Source: Amphiscolops sp. MND2022
Taxonomy: Eukaryota
Direction: 5' to 3'
DNA length: 64,000 bases
Assembly (NCBI GenBank): GCA_964187785.1
Contig: OZ076409.1
Span: 25,484,001 to 25,548,000, forward strand
Part shown: in pieces, positions 1-15,000 of the stretch
Position numbering within the stretch: the stretch's first letter is position 1
How the letters are laid out: each line of letters begins with the position of its first letter
The notes under the pieces: model-generated
What the model saw: the letters and a program-made list of their open reading frames with translations, nothing else
The model's database searches: none
Told to the model about the DNA's origin: nothing
Position numbers and translations under genes: made by a program

Positions 1-8
1 TGCTCGTT
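1..8 (-). CDS. Start of next exon (runs off window)
   Basis: atcag acceptor at 9-11; in-frame T-T-S. Confidence 0.45.
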
Positions 9-3000
9 CTGATTTCAAAATAATACAGTACTTTCATTTGAATTTTACTTCGTGTTTTCATGAACAGTTTCCTAAGACATTTTTCATAAGTAGTCTCAAT
101 TACACGTCAGATAAGAAACTTACGTTGATGGTATTGACGACGATGAAAACGAAAATGTTGGAGGTCTCGGTTCAGAGGTTGGCAAACTGAAATAATCCAT
201 CATTGTGGCACTTTAACACAAAAAGTGTTTCTTCTGAGAAAAATATACGATGAAGAGATATTCAATAAGTTTTGAAACGGGCTTAATTGGGCCACGTACA
301 TCTATGAAACTTCGTTACTCTGAATATACAAGCACAGTTGCGTCATCAAATAACAGACGAAAAATGCTTTCTTGAAAAATGAATTGCCAAAAACGTTATA
401 ATTCCGTGGAAACCAATTTTTACGGAGGACTATTGAAAAATTAGCATTTTGTGATCATTTTGCTGCGTAAATTTTTGAATATTGAATATTGCGTTTTCAG
501 AAAACGTGTTTTAAGTCCGAAGTTAGAGATCTGAATCAAATGTACAACATTTGTTTGATGCCTTTTTTGTTACGAACAGCGGTTTTCGAGATGGATGATA
601 ACATCCGAGAATGCTGGATGTCGCCATCAGACGGAATGATAGATTTTGTAATGTTGTTTGATTTCGAAAATACCGGTAATTCGGCTCGGAATTTGGAAAA
701 ATTTGGCTCCTGGTAATTTTGTTTCTATTGGTCAAGTATTTTTCTTGAAATTTAATTGAAGGGAGTTTAAATTTTTGTCAGCAAAATTGATTGTCTTTAG
801 CCATTTGGCACCCTAATGTGTCAAAAATACTTGAAAGAATCTATTCCCTGGTTGAAACTGCTTGAACTTTTCATTTTGTGAAAATTATGAAAGAAAAGTC
901 CATTCATTAAAACGTCACTGATGATTTACCTTTATAAAGTTGCTTTTAAAGAGCATCCTAAATTTGGCGGCAATTCTGCGCCGCAAAATTTTGCAGGTTT
1001 CATTAACACGCCATTCTAATTTTGAAAGCAGCTGAGACCTTCGTCAATTTTACCGCGGTTTCAATGCAAATAAACTTCAGTCACATTATAAGCTTCAAAG
1101 TAGCGTCATATTCAACGTGCTATTTGACTAACGGTGATTACAGAAGGTAGTTGCTTGAGAAACTTACCCGTGAAAACAAAGTGATCGCAACGGTGAAGAA
1201 GTGGAAATGTTTTCAGTTTTAATTCAAATAATAGAGGCTGCATTGTAATCCCACAAAATGTTTCCATGCAGGCTCCCGGAATTTTCCATGTTTTGTAAAC
1301 AAAAAATTTGCCTGCATGTTTCCATGCAGCATGTAAAAAGTTCAAGCAATCTCGACTAGGGTTGAGCACAAATCTGTGACCTCATTAAATAGCTGGTAAT
1401 CACAGCTTGTCAACTGACCATTGTTCGAATGACTACGTGTTGGGAAGTATGAAATCATGACGTGTAAAGTTTCCAAAAAAAATTGACAACCAAGAAAAGA
1501 ATAATTGCGAAATGGGTAAAATTACATAGATGTCAATTGGGGTCGCATTCCATCATCTTTCTCAGTAAAAAGTATATCGAAACGGCCTGACAGAAAACAT
1601 CCATTGTCGATTGCTATTGTCGACCTCTTCAAAGTTAATGGAAAATCTTTTTGGCTACTTCGATATATGACATGATACATATCACTACTGTTAGCGCTAC
1701 TGTTAATCGAATATGCATCATGATATATAGGGAAGCTATAAATAATGCACTCAAAATAATTTATTGGGTACCAGAAATCAACGTACACCATTCTTAATTC
1801 AAACTTTTAGAATTTGAGGCTTCAATTTTGTTTCGGATGTTTCCAAAATTTTTGACCTTACGGGTTGCCTTAGTTTATCTATTCTACTCTTCTATAGTCA
1901 AGAAAGCGCTTCAAAACAATACGCAGGCCATATTTTCCCTAATTAAAATTCAGCAAATTTTCTTACCTTTCTGTAGCAGAGGTGGTTGTGTGTTTCGTTG
2001 AACTGGTCGATTGTCCTAAAAAAGACTATTCCACTATTTTTTTGACACCGCGAAAGTTCAATGTTTGAAATTAGTATTTCGAAAAACATTAATGGTTACA
2101 CGGTCTTTAGCGAATCTTGGAAGCCCAAGCTGGTTCTATTTCATGGTTCAAAAATGATATCTCTGACATGCCTTTTCCATATCCTGACTACTTTGGTAGT
2201 ACGGATTCGATTATAGCGGTGCAGATTAGATGTTTTTTAGTTCGTAAAGTTACCTTTTGAATATGTTATAATAGAAGACAAATGATCGGTAATTTTATCT
2301 GAGATCTTTTGTGAACTAATTTGTGAACTTAGAAGAAACTTAATCTAGAATTTATGGTTTCCCATACTATGATTAGTCTATGAAACATCATGATGATCAC
2401 AGTATGGTCATACTATTAAATGTGTCCTCCATGGTAAGGTTTTGGCATAATCATGATCTTTGATTCTATGGGATCGTACGGCTTCATGAATTTCCTAATA
2501 TGGAGCAAATGTCCCAAACAGTTGGCATGAAATCATTCCTGCAAACTACTCATTTCATGTAGATTGATTGAATGTTTTGTGTTTACTTGAGCTTTCGCAA
2601 AACTGGTATAGGTAGGTGTCATTTCCAGTGAAGGGAGGCTCGTCTGACCCATCCCCACAATCGTCGTGGCCGTCACAGATTTTTCCAACAGGGATACAAG
2701 CTCCGAACTTGCTTATCCTCACATTGCTCTCCCAGTCACCACAGACAACACTTCCATCCTCACAGAAGGTGCAATTGGCCTCATCCGATGTGTCTCCGGA
2801 GCCACAGTCAACCTCACCGTCGCACACCTAAGTGAAAATGCCTATGCTTCAGGGGATGTTTGCCCTTTCAATTCCGGAAATTCAGTCCCGATACCTAGAA
2901 ATGGTAGTCAAAGACATTTGAGTCCAGCAAAAGTTGCCAACATTCAATAAACAAAATCTCTTCTTTCAAGTATTTTGTGAATTTCATAAAGGGCTTTCTT

Positions 3001-6000
3001 AAATTATATCCAAAGCAGATAAAAGACCTAGTTATCATATTAGGGGAAAATTAGCAGACTATGGGAAATTAATTAATCAAGCGGAATCATTCCAAGTATT
3101 TTGGCACTTTAAAGTGTGCTACTAAATGGTCTGGGACTGAAATATCTAAGCAACGGCAACTTGAAGTTCACACCGAGGTATATTTAAAAACCTTGTCAAT
3201 GCATTACAATTGAGTTAACCTTGATAAAAACTTTTAGCAAATATCAATCCCTGTTTGAAAAAAAAACAAAAATCATTTAGTATTGAACCTTAGTATTACC
3301 TTTTTCAAAATAGTGTACAGTAATTGTTCAGCAAAAAATTTCTTTCAATTATTAATAAAATTATAATTTAAAATTATACAAAAAATTTTTATCACTTTGT
3401 ACAAATTATGCAAATTTTGACCAATATTGAAATATTTAGTTGAAATAAAACTTTGATGAGTAAAATGATGAGTAAAATGATGAGTTAGAACTTTATTTTT
3501 TGTATAAGTTCACTTGGCAAACTATTTTCGCTAACTATAACATCAATTGTTCCTTTCAAGTGTAACGATCCCCAGTCATATCATGGTTGAAAAATTCGTT
3601 CAAGCACGGGGAACTACAATTTTCTGTCAAATTCCGCAAATTGTCTCCGTGTCAGCTCAAAGACCCGTTCGGAGAATTGGAAAGGACTAAAATCACTACA
3701 GACACGGAGCAGACCCGAAAAAGCAGATTGAAAGAACGCTAAGGTCTTGCGATAAAAGGACTCAATTAGCAAATTGCTAATCCTGCCAAGACGAATTCTG
3801 AATAAAAACTTGTGATTTCTGCAGCATGACTCTACTAAGTGTAATAATAGCTTGAAATGAGTCCCTTTGCTTAATTAGGCCTACTGTGCATGTGTCCCCC
3901 AGCTAATTGCCGTAAAAGTCATTAATGCTGTGACTTATTGTGTTTTCCTGATGTATTAGCTCGTGAGCTACTAAATCGCGATGTCCTGTGATCTGAAGAG
4001 TTTACCTTTGGCACCACCATCTTCGTTTTTAAAAGCTGTCTAAATGGCGATTTTGAAAAGAAAAGGCGTAATTTACGTTACTAACAGCAATCACAGACTG
4101 GCCGGCAGGACCTGCTCTTGACGTAACATATTTATCTCAGGAGGCAAAAAGGACATGTGGCTACAGGCGCCTGTCCCGAGCACATACCCATGTCACGTAT
4201 TCTTCCATCTTCACGGACGGAGAAGCGACGGCAATTGCTTGCCGTTACAAGGTGTTTTTCGATTTTGATACGTTATGTTAAATTCACATTCGGAACTTTT
4301 TAGCTGGTCAATGAAAATCTAATAACTTGATGATTTTCAATATTACACTCTAAAGTAGTCTCGTGAATTTTGTCCAAAAGACAATGAAAACTAATGTGAC
4401 AACATTTTCATACCTTAAAATATTTCAGCCAACAAAGAAGGAATCGCTTTATAGATTTTCCTGTAGGACAAATTTTTGCTTCCGTGGGACACGTAGATGA
4501 GTTTGATCTCGTGAAATGCAGTGTCTGTGCATACAAGACAAGAACCCTCACTTTGCCCCCGAAAACTAACAAAAGTTTTGCGGGTTATCGTCCTCTACAT
4601 CTTTATTGCTGCTTATTAAACCTGCTCGAAGTCAAAAGGTTAAAAGTTGGCATAAACAAATGATCAAAATATTTACATCGACAACCCTCTCTGTTTCGTT
4701 GCTTTTGTATCAGCCTTTAGGAAACAAGCCGGGAACGGCATAAGGCATCTAAGGCTCAAAAATAGCAAAAGGACTTCATAGTGCCAAGTATTCTCTTTTA
4801 AAGTAGCCGAACAACCCAAAAGTTGGACCGAATTGGCACGCTAAAATGGGGGCGGGCTTTTGGGATTTTTCAAAATTTCTGTCGCTAAACATCAAAACAA
4901 ATTGAAAGTTGGTGAAGAAACTTTTTTTGAAAAAAAATCCCACAATGCCGAAAAAACTGGAAGGGCGGTCCTCTAGTCTCGCCCGGTATTGTATGCTACG
5001 CAAAAAAAAAGGAAAAACCTTTTGGGTTCAGTTCGCTGAATTTGACACCATTAAAATTCGTAGAAATTTTATGAACTATTTTGGTCAGATTGTGTGTATT
5101 GAAAAAAAGCCACTATAGTCGCGTTTCACTTCATGAAGCGCCGACTAAAACGATAGTATTAGTCTGGCGATTCGAGTTATCCAAAGCGTTGATTGTAAAC
5201 GCTATTAGACCTCGCGTCGTTTTTAATCTCTCAGGCGATCAAGTCCTAAAAACTTGAAGTTAATGTCTCGTAACAATGTTTCCGAATATCAATAAATTGT
5301 GCTCATACTTAGAGTTTTGAAGTTCTACCGTAGAATCTTTTTTCCTGATAACGCTTTACCTGTTGGTGTGAAAAACCCACTTTTTTGATTCTTTGTGGGA
5401 AATAATAGATATAGTTTGTGTGATAGCCGAGTGAGGTTCGTGATATGTGCTTAGTTCGTCGACCGATTCAAAGATGCGGACATTGCTCAGAAGTTATTAT
5501 TGGTTTCGGAATTGAAGATAAAGATCCGGACATTGCTTAGAAAAAAGTATTCCTTTCGGATCCCAACTTAAGGAATCAAGACATTCAAAAAGATGGAAAA
5601 TTTGATAGCGTACTTTCCCACTCTTTAATTAATTTGCCATTCTCTTCACTTTTAAAAGACTGTTATTGAAAGTAGGCAAAACTACGTTATACTAACGAAA
5701 GAGTGCGGCAGACAGATGTGAGTGTTGACTTGGCACTGGAACTGCCAGTGGAAGCACTGGGTGGGACAGTCTTTCTCGTCAGAACAGTAGCCATGGTCGC
5801 CGTGACCGTAGATGACAATGCAGTCGCACTCGCCGTCACAGATGTCCTTCTCTTCCAGACACTGGACACTGTTGTTGCGCCAACTGGCACACTGCAGATC
5901 CGGGTTGTCGCACGCAGCTGTAGAAAACAAAACTTTGTCTGCCTGTTGCTTTCATTTGTTTATTGATCGTTCATTTATGTTTATCACAAGTGATGTACGT

Positions 6001-9000
6001 AGTGATAAAATGTGTATATCCCATTGGGCCACTTTTTTCGTGATGTGCAGTCAATTGAAAGTATGCAATAACAGCTGGGTCTTAAAATGGTTTCGAAAGC
6101 TATTGGTTCTCTACATCTACATATAAATGCGCATGCTCTAGAGAAACTCGTTCTGCAATTAGAGTAATCGGAAATAATTTTACGCCCCAATGAAAATGAT
6201 ACTTAACACAATTTGCATGCCATTGAAGCGAAGACTTCTAAAGTTGCTTTAAAAGTTATTAACATTTTATTCGAACTCAAATCATCACTCTTCCTTCAAA
6301 ATAGAATAAGCTAAGTTGTTTTCTTTTCTTTCCAAGTGAAAAATGATTCATCATCATCTAGCACCAGATTTCGGAGTAGAAACCTACAATATTCGTTGCG
6401 TATTCATTACGTATTTTTCAAAGTCAAATCTACTTGGATCAAGTCTGGTTTTAAAACAATGTACAATAAGACACACGCACTGTTCGCTTGTTTCTATATG
6501 CACGTTCTTAATTCAGATGACTTGCAAACTTCGTATGTTTTTTCGTGGTCTCATGAAAAATGAAAATGAAGGCAGTACTCACTGCAGTTTTGTTCATCTT
6601 CGCCGAAGGGACAGTCCTGGTGGTTGTCACACGTGTAGATGATGGACAGACAGAAGGCGGTTGAGTTGTCAGCTGACCCACATGCCATTTCAAGGTCAAC
6701 GTCACATCCACATGCGGGGTTGGTGTAGTCATTCACACACACAATTTGCCCATATGTAGAACATTCGCTGAAAGTTTAATGCGCAAAGGTTACATAAGGG
6801 GAAAAACAGGAATACCTAATGCTTCAAAAAACTTTGCAGATCTCGATAGTTGAAAACTATTGGAAAATGGTTCTTGAACTGTTGCTGTGGTAATCTCTCA
6901 TCGGCAATTACCGAGATATATGATAACTTACTCAATTTTTTTCTAAATTAAAAGAAAGGTGTTCCGGTAAGGAGCTGTTAACCCTGTAAGGCTGACCACT
7001 TAGCGAACCAAGGTGGATTTCATTCGAAAATATCTGAATCAACTGAAATTTTCGGGGGTCAAAAACAAACAAGACGGGAACGTCTAAAGTCGGCGTCTAA
7101 AAGGTTCAAAAAGCGCAAAGTTTTTAAAATCGTAAAAGGGGAGACCCTTTGGGCTTTTTGAAAATCCAGTTTGGTGCAAAATATATAGAATTATGAAGGA
7201 GAGACCCTTTGGAGACATTGAAAAATTTTCATTTTCTAGAAATTTTTCGAAATAAAACCAAAAATGAGAATTTTGAACAGTCTTATAGTGCCGAAATACT
7301 TAAAAATGGAATTTTGGGACTTTAGTTTGCTGCAAAATATCAAAAAAACTTGAAGGTGGGACCCTTTGAAGGCAAAAAAATCAAAAAAGTTGCCCAGTGC
7401 CGAAAACAATTGAAAGAGGGGACTCTTCAGTCTTGTCCGCTTCCGCAAATGTTCGAAAAAGTTTCTGGCTGAAGCAAGGACTCCAACCCGTGACCGCTGG
7501 GTTCACCGTAAATCGATTAAAGTCTGTATTAAAAAGTGGTACATACACGATGAAGTCTGTGGTCTGACAAAAAAGAGAGAAAAAAATCTAGCCATTCCCA
7601 TGTTGAGCTTTCCCTGAGAATCTGTAAAAATCTTAAGCCAATTTTCCTTGAGGATCTGTAAAGATCGTGCCACTGCTACGTTAGGACAACTTCAGATCTG
7701 CAAGGATCTTTACAGATGTTCAAAGATTTTCTGTACAGGTTTCTCAGGAAAAATTTTTCCGGACCTTCTAGTGAAACTATGCATTTCATTTTTAAGCTTC
7801 TTCGGTAGATATTTTTGCTGGCCAAGGCTCAGTCAGTTGAAATTTTCCATCACTCAAAATTCTTGAGCAGGAAATCTTGTCCCCATAACTGTAATTTTGG
7901 TGTCTGGGGAATGTTAGGTGTTGGTTATACACTGTAATTTATCCATTTCACTTGAACTTTGCAGAAGTGGTTTTTCAACTTTGAGAGGCTCGTTTGCCAT
8001 ATTGAATTCGTTTTGTTTTGACGGATGAAATGGAAATTTGACATGTGACAACCTCCTGGGTTGATAGAGGTGTTGATAAAGTGCTGTGGTTGTAATATTT
8101 TGGGAACATGGTTTGCTGAAGTAGTTTTAGTAATTGCTGGAAACTCGGAATACGGTATAGTGATTTATTGGTCATTTTCGTATGGTTAATTTTTAGCAAA
8201 TCCTGGAATATCTGCAAGGATCTCTACAGATCTGTACAGATTCGCACAGAAACTTTTGTAAAACTTCAAATAAGAGGCGTATTTTTTTCGTAGAGCACTT
8301 TTTAACCAACTAAATTCTTTTTCGAAAACTGAATTTATGACTATTCAATTTTCGAACAATCTTGGAATATCTGTCAGGATCTGTGCAGATCTGTACAGAT
8401 TCGCAGGGAGTGCTCAGCATGGGCTGTCATAGTCGGGCTCTTTTCACTACTAGAAGAGCGCCGTCTAAAAAGACGCCACTGAGTACCGGGATATTTCCCG
8501 TCCTGAATTATTTGATACCATACTATTTTAAGGCTGAAGGGTAGCCAATATGCTTAAGCAAATTTCAAGCTACGGAACATGCACATGAAAGTTCTCCATT
8601 GAAAAAACACTTTGGAGCTAAATTTTAGTCGTAGAGTTATGAGGATCTTCAATCCGACAGAAACATTCAAAAATCTTGGTCACTTTTTAAAAAGGTTCAA
8701 ATTTCTAGACAAATATATAGGCTCCAATAGCACCATCACGCAGCTATCACAGTAAGATCTCAACAAAATCGTATTAATTAAGTATCTTTTACTACGAACT
8801 GTGCTATACGTATCGTACTAAAGAACATGCGTCTTTTAAGATTGCTCTTTCAGTAAATAATAAAGCGTGGCAATTACGTTGGGTTTATATTATCGTTGCA
8901 CCTAATTTTTACCTGTGCCCCCTATTTTTCAAGAGCGTTATAAGTGAATTCGCGCATAACATTATTTGATTATAAATCATTTTAGTAACTTGAAGTTGCC

Positions 9001-12000
9001 CAAAATAGATGACTTGATCTAAATATTCAATTCACAATGCAGCACATAAGAGTACGATTCTGTTCCTTGCAATGATTTAGCATTGTAGACATGCACATGA
9101 AAAGTTCTTTATTAAAACAAGCCTTTGGAGCTAAATTTTAGTCGTAGAGCTATGAGGATCTTCAATCCGACAAAAACATTCAAAAATCTTGGTCACTTTT
9201 TTAAAAGGTTCAAATTTCTAGACAAATATATAGGCTCTTAATTTGACCCCAATAGCACTATCACGCGGCTATCACAGTTAGAGTAAGACTCTGTTCCTTG
9301 CAATGATTTAGCATAGTAGACAAACTGTTCAAAGCATTATAGTTTCGACCCGTTGGCTTGTCGTATTGGGGTGAAAACCACTTTTTAGAGTTGTTTTGGT
9401 AGCAAATCATACAGCGATTTTCAAAGGCAGTGTTGTAAATGAAGATTGAAATAGCAGTGAATCATTTTTGAAGTTGCTGGCAATCGTTGTTGCAATATGA
9501 ACTCTATTCTACGACTTTGTATTACGATGTATCATGCCATCATACGTTTCGTAGTACGATCATAAAAAGCAAAATCGACGGAAAATGTTTTGAGTTTTTT
9601 TAAAGTCACAGAAGGCCAAAAAACCGTAAATGCGACCATTTACGCTCTTGAAACGTAATGCCCTGACTAACAGTAAAATCGAAGAGAGACTCTTTGCTGG
9701 AATATTAAAAGTTTCGCAAAAAGTCGCATGGTGCCAAAAAAAACAAAAAAGCCAATTTGTCCAAAAATGGTGTCCAATTTGGATACCATTTGGTCTTAAA
9801 TAGTTTCCAGGGTACGGTAAATACGATGAAAAACTGAAAGGGTTCATTCTTTAGCCTCCTTGGGTAGTCTTTAGAACTTAAGCGTAAAGTCTGTAAAAAG
9901 TGGACCATTCAGTGTAAGGTCTGTGACCTGACGAAAAACCTTCCCTTACAGAACCGTTAAAAGTAGAAGAGGGGTGTAGTTGTTATTCGTTCATGTGTTT
10001 ATGAGTGGAAAATCAATGAGATGAGATGGAATAATTGGTATCATTTTATGTTTTAGATGGTGCTCTTACCATCTGGTGCAGTCTGAGGAGTAGTAGACGT
10101 ATCCTGGGGGCACAAAGGTCATGTGATCTGAGCCACCAATCAATTGAGGCAGAGCACAAGGACAGTCTCCGGGTAACACGCACTTTCCACTTGATGCTGA
10201 AACACATAAAGTATCACGTGACTGGAGACTGGATGGGCGCGTCTTTTGTTCAAAAGATTGTCTACATTTCAAATCCAAAATAAGAGAAATTTCTTGATTT
10301 TTCATTGACCATTGGTCAGAATTAAGTTTTTCAATAGCGAATTGAAAGACAAAGAATATGACAGATGAAGTTAGTATTAGAAATTTTAGAATTTTTGAAT
10401 GTCGAGAAATTCTATCTGATATATAGAGCTTGCGGGTTTTCTGCCGAAACGATCAAATTTTTGTTGCGATTCAACTTTTTATATTTTCTTTAAAAGAGGT
10501 CACCAAATCTGATTCTCACGGAGACACGTAGTAAAAAGTTGAGGAGTGAAAACGCAACGAATGATAGATTTTCTGCAACTTAATGAAAATAGGTCGTATA
10601 TGCATATGCTATCTATGTCCTGATTTTGGACATTGTTTTAGTGATTTTTAGATCTTATTCCAGTGATTTAAGACCTTAATGCTGTGACTTTAGATAATTA
10701 TTTCTTTTTTGATGCTGCTTGTTTGCGATTAGGCAGTTTTGGCAGGACCTTTTTTGCATATTGGCCTTGTTGATAAAATTGACTACATGCCTGTCTTACT
10801 ATGTTCCAAGATTTTGGCAAGGGTTACATGGAGGTCAACCTGGTTGGCTATGACGCATTGATATGATGTATGATACATGGATATGAAGTGTGTTTTTATA
10901 ATAAAACATGCGACATGCATGCATCAATTATGCTGTAAGTCTTACGCTCGTAGACATATCCAGCCATGCAGAAACAGCCCTCGTAGCAGTGGTCATCATC
11001 TCGGTTGCACTGTTCTATCTCAGGGGAGCCGTAGTTGGCACAGGTCAGGGGACAGGCCGGCCCACACACCCTGTAGGAGGGGCAGGTTGTCGTCAGAGGC
11101 AGTGACACCTCCATGGGGTCATATCCGATCATGTTGATTGGCTCTTCATTGCAAGGGTCACATCCACCAGCTGAAAAAGTAACATAGCGTGACGTCACAA
11201 ACGTATGAACAAATCGCTAAGAGTATAACTCCAAGCGCCCAAGCTTTGGTATCTTGTCTGAAGGAAAGATACACAATGTTCTGAAGCCTTCTTTTTGATT
11301 CAAACGATCCTACTCGTTATTCAGTGAAAAGTTTTCTTCAAAAAAAGAAGTTGCTACCTAATACAGAGCGAATTCAAGTACTTTTGCTGAACATTATTGC
11401 TCTATAGGCTCGCGCTCTTTCTGGTACTTGATTGAAGGGAAAATGTTAAACTAAAGAATGATAAAAATCTTTGAGGCGTTTGATCATGAACTTGAAAAAA
11501 AATTTCTTCACGAATAACCATTTTCCACATTTTTCAAATCATGTCGCAAGTACAATCTTTTAATTCAAATCGTATCATGTATTCTTGAAATGTAATGCAT
11601 GCGTTTTGAAATAATCATACATATTTCCAAAGAATAATGCAATGTTTTACAAGAGACAGGAACTAACGGCAGAAGTATCGGTCCCTCCAGGCGACACAGA
11701 TGCTCTTTTGCATGCAGCAGTCTCTGGCATATCTGGCCACGGCTGTGCATAGACACTCACAGTCACCTCCGCTGGCACAGCCCATTGCCTCCACCTTGTG
11801 GCACGCATGTTCATGTTTTCAAAATTCAGTTTTCATGTTACCCATGACTCTTCAAACGGAAGGAAACTTTTGAAAAATGATAGTCTTTTCTCTACTTTTT
11901 TCTTGTATTGCCATTGAATTCATAGAGTCAATCAATGTTTTTTGATTTTAAACACAGTGCGATCTAAAGGGCCCCGTTCAGTAGTGAAAATTCTCAAACG

Positions 12001-15000
12001 TTTGCAAATTCAACTGTATTGAAACTGTTTTCAGATCTAACGATGGAGCAGCGCTTTATCCAATTTTTTGATGAGATTTTCGATAAAATTAGATCTTTTC
12101 AGGAATAAGCCGAGTGTTGAAGACTAACCAATTTAGGTTTTTGTTGCATTTTTTCTAATTGAACCGTTAAAACACCGGTTTCTTTTAGAAGGTATAAGAA
12201 GATGAGAAATGTGTTAAATCGGATTTTTGACGTTATTCCCAAGTTTCAATACTTTGAGTAAGAGGAAAACAGCGGACTTCATAAATGAAATGAGTATACT
12301 AAAATGAAAAGTGGAGTGCAATATGTATTCCTGGGTGTCCTACCAGGAGCCATGGTAGATGCCGAAGTTCAGCTTATAAGTTGTGGTCGAAGAAGAATTG
12401 TAAGAGGAGTAAATTAGTTTGCTGCAATGATTACGTTAAAGTGCAAATAAACCAATTACAACTGATTTCACTGACTTTATTTTGGATTGTTGACAAAAAA
12501 TGAAGCGAAATGATAAACCTTTCGAGGCATTTTGCATTGATAGGAAAATGAGAAACATGATATATTCAATGGAACCTTAAATTGTTTTTCAAGGAAAACG
12601 TTCTTCCCTCTTTTAAGTGAACAGAGGCAGTAAACCTTTATGACCTTAGCATTCAGACATAGGCGTCTCAGAAGTTGAAGTGAAATGTTAGAACTGCCAA
12701 AGTTTGAAGGTCAATACCAAAAAGAACAAGTGAGAGCATTCAGGTCATTTTTCGTAACTGACAGCATAGCAATCGCTTGTCAAGTCTTTGATGTTTGAAG
12801 TTTGTCTGCAACATCTTTCATTTGTTATCTCGAAGTTACGTTATCGAAACGACTTAACAACTACAGCAGAACAATGTTACAACAAGACGCCCGCTAAGCA
12901 CCGGTGTATTCAGCCCCACAGTCGTATTGTGTATTGTGTCGAAAGCGAGGCTAGAAAGCCGGGAACAGCCCAAGTTGGCGCGCGTTCCAGGTTCAAAAAG
13001 GCAAAAGGTTTGAAAATTTTCGGGGGTCAAAAATACTTAGAGACAGTTGAGACTCGAAAATAGCTTTTTCTGAACTGGAATCATCAGACAAACCCGACTT
13101 ATGATTTTTATGTTGAATGTTGGTAGAGTTTTGAGGATGCGTGCCTTGCAGTCGACCATGTACACTGTGGGGTCAATATGGGTATGACACGCCCCAAAAA
13201 TCTTCTCATCTAGGATTCGCTCGCACTGTTTTATAGCCCACGCCTCTCTATACGTGTACCGCTGCATCACCTGCGAAAGAAGACGGTGAAGGTTTGAACT
13301 TTACGTTGGATATACAAGAACTCAAAAATGACATAAAACTAATTTATGGTTAATATATATCATTAGTTTAGAAAATTGTAGAAATAAAAAAGTTCGAGTC
13401 ACTTACGATTTGGGACTGTTCGAAATACATTTTCATGATAAATCCAAAAAGCCCGTTTAAGTTTTAATTCAAGTGGTGATTTCAGTTCCGTCATATTCTG
13501 GCAAAAATTGTTGTATATAAGGTTCTGATGAGTTTAGTTTATTCAGTAAGTAGTAGTCTTAGTTCAAATTTTTTCAACGTCAACTTTCTACCGAGTGATA
13601 GTACTATCTTTTTTTGAGAGTACCAATTCTTCAATAAATTCCTAGATTTTAGTTTTCAGAGGAGTACTCACTGCTCACTGATAAGATTTAGAGTAAACGC
13701 AATCAAATTCTTTCCAAAATGTTTAAAAATTAACCATATAGCACCGGGGTTCTCAGCATTGTCAACTAGTTTAAACTAGTTTAAATAATAATCAAGTAAT
13801 AATACTTTTCTTGATATTCAGAAAGAACTAAGGAAGCGTTTACTTTTTGGGCGTAGTCATAACAAGAGGTCTGTGGACAGTTTTTGTAGGCCCAGGAGTT
13901 TCCGAATACACAGGGGGCACAGACTATGACATTGCTGGGCGACTTGAAGTCGTTGCCGATCTTGTCGTCATAGGTGCCACACATGCCTAGAGTCCTCTTT
14001 CTGTGGATCTCGCCCACAGTGATGTATAGCGACATCACTGAAATGACAAAGTGGATTTTTTCTCAAACTGATCTTACGAAACTCCGAAAATTCGGCTGAA
14101 TCTTTTAAAAAACATTTATTTTTCATCAAAGTTGTCGCTGCTGAAAGAATTTAAAAATATATAGAAGTACTCACTTCCATCCCAAGCGATTATGACGTCA
14201 GTCTTCTCGGTGATAATGGCCACGACTTTGAAGTAGCCAACACTCCTTATTTTCACACCAGCTGTCACTGTGTAAATGGAATCCAGTAGAACTTGAGTCA
14301 CCGCACTTCCGTCCACCCTGAAATAAAACAGGAACTGCCTTCCAAACCTAACAGCTGACATTCGATAAAACCACGGATGCCATCTTGTAAAATATTAGAG
14401 CCGCAAAATGACTGTTGCCGCGAAATATATGTTATTTGAAATTTTTGAATAACAGGCCTTGCGGTTTGCGTGCTTGGGAATGCACATATATGTGAACCAG
14501 AAAAAACGGAACACACAAAAATTCGCGTCTTCAAACTCGTATTATTTGTAAACATAGTACGGAAATTGCCTCACTTTTTGTCAATCATTTAGAATGAAGC
14601 CTCTGATACGTAATCACATTTTCAACTAAAGATTGTTCGTAGTATCAGAAAAAGTCTAGACTATTTTACAGGTCATTTCGTTTTCATTTTAGATGTGTGA
14701 AAATTCCTCTGCTTCAAAAGAAGTTGCCAATTTGAATGATTGACAGCAGTGTTCAAAGTTGTGAAACGTTTGTTGACAAATATTTGAAACTTTCAGAGCT
14801 CTGAAAATTTAGTTTCTTCAAATTACCGAAAGTACCGTAAACCTGGCACAGGGCATCAAGGAATACGGGCTTAGGCCTAAACCGATAAAACAGTTCAGGA
14901 CACAGACACACTTCAAGAAACTATTGAAAACGCTGCATTGATAGGAAGTTCTTCAAAACATGTATCAACCCGGATCCAATTCAACATGCAATTCCATCCA

